Positions 61,247 to 62,837 of a stretch of 62,837 bases of DNA are shown piece after piece. The DNA comes from an archaeon (GTDB lineage: Archaea; Nanobdellota; Nanobdellia; SCGC-AAA011-G17; GW2011-AR17). Made by a program: the position numbers and the translations under genes. Below the pieces are notes generated by a model. It did not search any database, was not told the DNA's origin, and saw nothing but the letters and a program-made list of their open reading frames with translations. The first letter of the stretch is position 1. Every line of letters starts with the position of its first letter. The DNA lies in assembly GCA_018653605.1 (NCBI GenBank), contig JABHYY010000004.1:1-62837 (forward strand). Reading direction: 5' to 3'.

Positions 61247-61542
61247 ATCTCTTTTACTATAACATTCTTACCTTTTAAAATTTTAGGAACTTTACCACAA
61301 GATGGACACTCAAAAAAGACAAAATCATGCTCCTTTTCTAATATTTTAGGTTCACCTTCAAAACCACACTCACATTTTACTACTCCTTTTTTCTCTAAAA
61401 CTTCACAATCAATTCTAATTTCTAAAGCTTTTTTTATCTCTTCAACAGTATATCCACTTAATTCTCCAACAATAACCTTCACTTTCTTAGCATTACCAAC
61501 TTCTCTTAAAATACTTTCAATAATTTTGCTTTCATGATGCAT
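61237..61542 (-). CDS. hypA: Hydrogenase nickel metallochaperone HypA
   Basis: MHHE..I, VGELS, CECG, CPSC, G; start moved to MHHES. Confidence 0.85.
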   Translation of the reverse strand: MHHESKIIESILREVGNAKKVKVIVGELSGYTVEEIKKALEIRIDCEVLEKKGVVKCECGFEGEPKILEKEHDFVFFECPSCGKVPKILKGKNVIVKEICV

Positions 61543-61640
61543 AGGCTTTGGAGGATTAATGTAAATAAAAAGGTTATGGGAGTTACTTAACAGTAACAAC
61601 AAACCGAAACCTTTAAAAATGGTGATTTAGCTATAATATT

Positions 61641-62150
61641 ATGGCAGAATGGATTTATTATGCAAGATCTCAAAGAGATGCAGATATATTAATTGGATTA
61701 CAAGAGATTGCACAACCTTATACTGTAGAAGGTCGTACTGAGGAAGAAGGCCGTGTTTGGAGAAAATTATATCTCGAATTTAATGATAGGAATCCAGAAA
61801 CAGTAAGAGTTCTTTTTAAAAGAGGAAAGACAGGCCTTGTGGCGCTTATTCCAGAAAAGCCTGAGCCAGTTGAACAAAGAGTAGAAAGATCTTGTCCAAG
61901 ATATATTGATTTAAACCCCTTAGAAAGTTGGTTTGTAGATTCTGTTGTTGAAAGTGAAGGGAATTTGGGCCATGGAGAAAAAGAAAGATTATTGCTTCAA
62001 TGTTTTGCTAAGAGATATGGTCCTGGTGCAGAATTTGATTTAGAGAAATTTCCAGATCCTGATGCCAGAGAGAAAATTGTAAGAGTATACTTTATATCAA
62101 GAGAAAGGCAATATAGAAGTGCAATTAATTGGAGATCAAAACAACTTTAA
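61641..62150 (+). CDS. Hypothetical protein
   Basis: 169-aa ORF; GAAACC-TTTAAA promoter about 25 nt upstream. Confidence 0.6.
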   Translation: MAEWIYYARSQRDADILIGLQEIAQPYTVEGRTEEEGRVWRKLYLEFNDRNPETVRVLFKRGKTGLVALIPEKPEPVEQRVERSCPRYIDLNPLESWFVDSVVESEGNLGHGEKERLLLQCFAKRYGPGAEFDLEKFPDPDAREKIVRVYFISRERQYRSAINWRSKQL

Positions 62151-62836
62151 TTCAAAACTTTCTCAATCCGATCCATAGCTTTCTTAATTAATTTCAAATC
62201 AGTAGCATAACTAAACCTAACAAACCCTTCACCATACCTACCAAACTCAGTTCCAGGCACAACAGCAACTTTAGCTTTCTTCAGTAACATGTCAGCAAAC
62301 TTAACACTATTATTAGAATACTTTCTTATATTAGCAAAAGCATAAAAAGTTCCACCTGGCATTGTAGTTCTCAAACCCATTCCATTTAACCTGTGAACAA
62401 TATACTTTCTTCTTTTGTCATACTCTTTATTCATGTTGTTAACATATCTATCACTAATTTTCAAAGCTTCAATACCTAATCTTTGAGAAATATGTGGTGC
62501 AGAAATAGTCATGTAATGTATTGAAGTTCCCATTGCCTTTATTACTTTTTTAGGACCATGACAATAACCCAGCCTAAACCCACACATTGCATAACTTTTT
62601 GAAAATGTAAAAAAACTCACAACATAATCTCTCATACCATTAAAAGAACCAATTGAAACATGTTTATTATCATCATAAACTAATTTTTCATAAGCTTCAT
62701 CAGAAAAAACATACAGGTCCTTATCAACAGCAATATCAGCAATCTCTTCCAACAACTTTTTACTCAAAACAGTTCCAGTAGGATTTGAAGGTGTATTAAG
62801 CATAATAGCTCTAGTTTTACGAGTGATTTTTTTCTT
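62147..62836 (-). CDS. Class I/II PLP aminotransferase (AspAT-like), 5'-truncated by window edge
   Basis: NTPSNPTG, DEAY, SKSYAM.G.R.G, PG..FG..GEG.VR.S. Confidence 0.92.
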   Translation of the reverse strand, partial: KKKITRKTRAIMLNTPSNPTGTVLSKKLLEEIADIAVDKDLYVFSDEAYEKLVYDDNKHVSIGSFNGMRDYVVSFFTFSKSYAMCGFRLGYCHGPKKVIKAMGTSIHYMTISAPHISQRLGIEALKISDRYVNNMNKEYDKRRKYIVHRLNGMGLRTTMPGGTFYAFANIRKYSNNSVKFADMLLKKAKVAVVPGTEFGRYGEGFVRFSYATDLKLIKKAMDRIEKVLN

Positions 62837-62837
62837 A

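Noticed and set aside
1-62837. rRNA, tRNA, CRISPR array, transposase, integrase or provirus
   Set aside because: No GC-rich structured RNA segment, repeat-spacer array or hallmark gene was recognised by eye

Overview
AT-rich archaeal chromosome segment, most consistent with a DPANN (Woesearchaeota-like) organism: it has archaeal aRF1, RPA, TrpRS, ValRS and ScpB, BRE/TATA promoters often about 25-30 nt before the ATG, an MNT-HEPN pair and many secreted Ig-like or Cys-rich proteins. The left half holds cell-surface and glycosylation genes plus information-processing genes. The right half (about 35.8-62.8 kb) is a fermentative energy cluster: thioredoxin, SucCD, a 2-oxoacid:ferredoxin oxidoreductase, ADP-forming acyl-CoA synthetase, POR, a group 3b-like [NiFe] hydrogenase with an odd reduced maturation set, and an aminotransferase, with a copper-export module embedded in it. 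Highlights: (1) a 131-aa mini-intein directly after the catalytic GGQ of aRF1; (2) a radical SAM gene bracketed by 68-bp direct repeats that end exactly at the arm/spacer boundary of an 11-6-11 dif-like site, suggesting Xer-type gene capture; (3) a HypA, His-less HypC and HypC-domain partner module with no hypBDEF in the window; (4) a 28-bp element at identical spacing upstream of two defence-type nuclease genes 36 kb apart. No rRNA, tRNA, CRISPR array, transposase or integrase was seen. All family calls are from motif recognition, not database searches.
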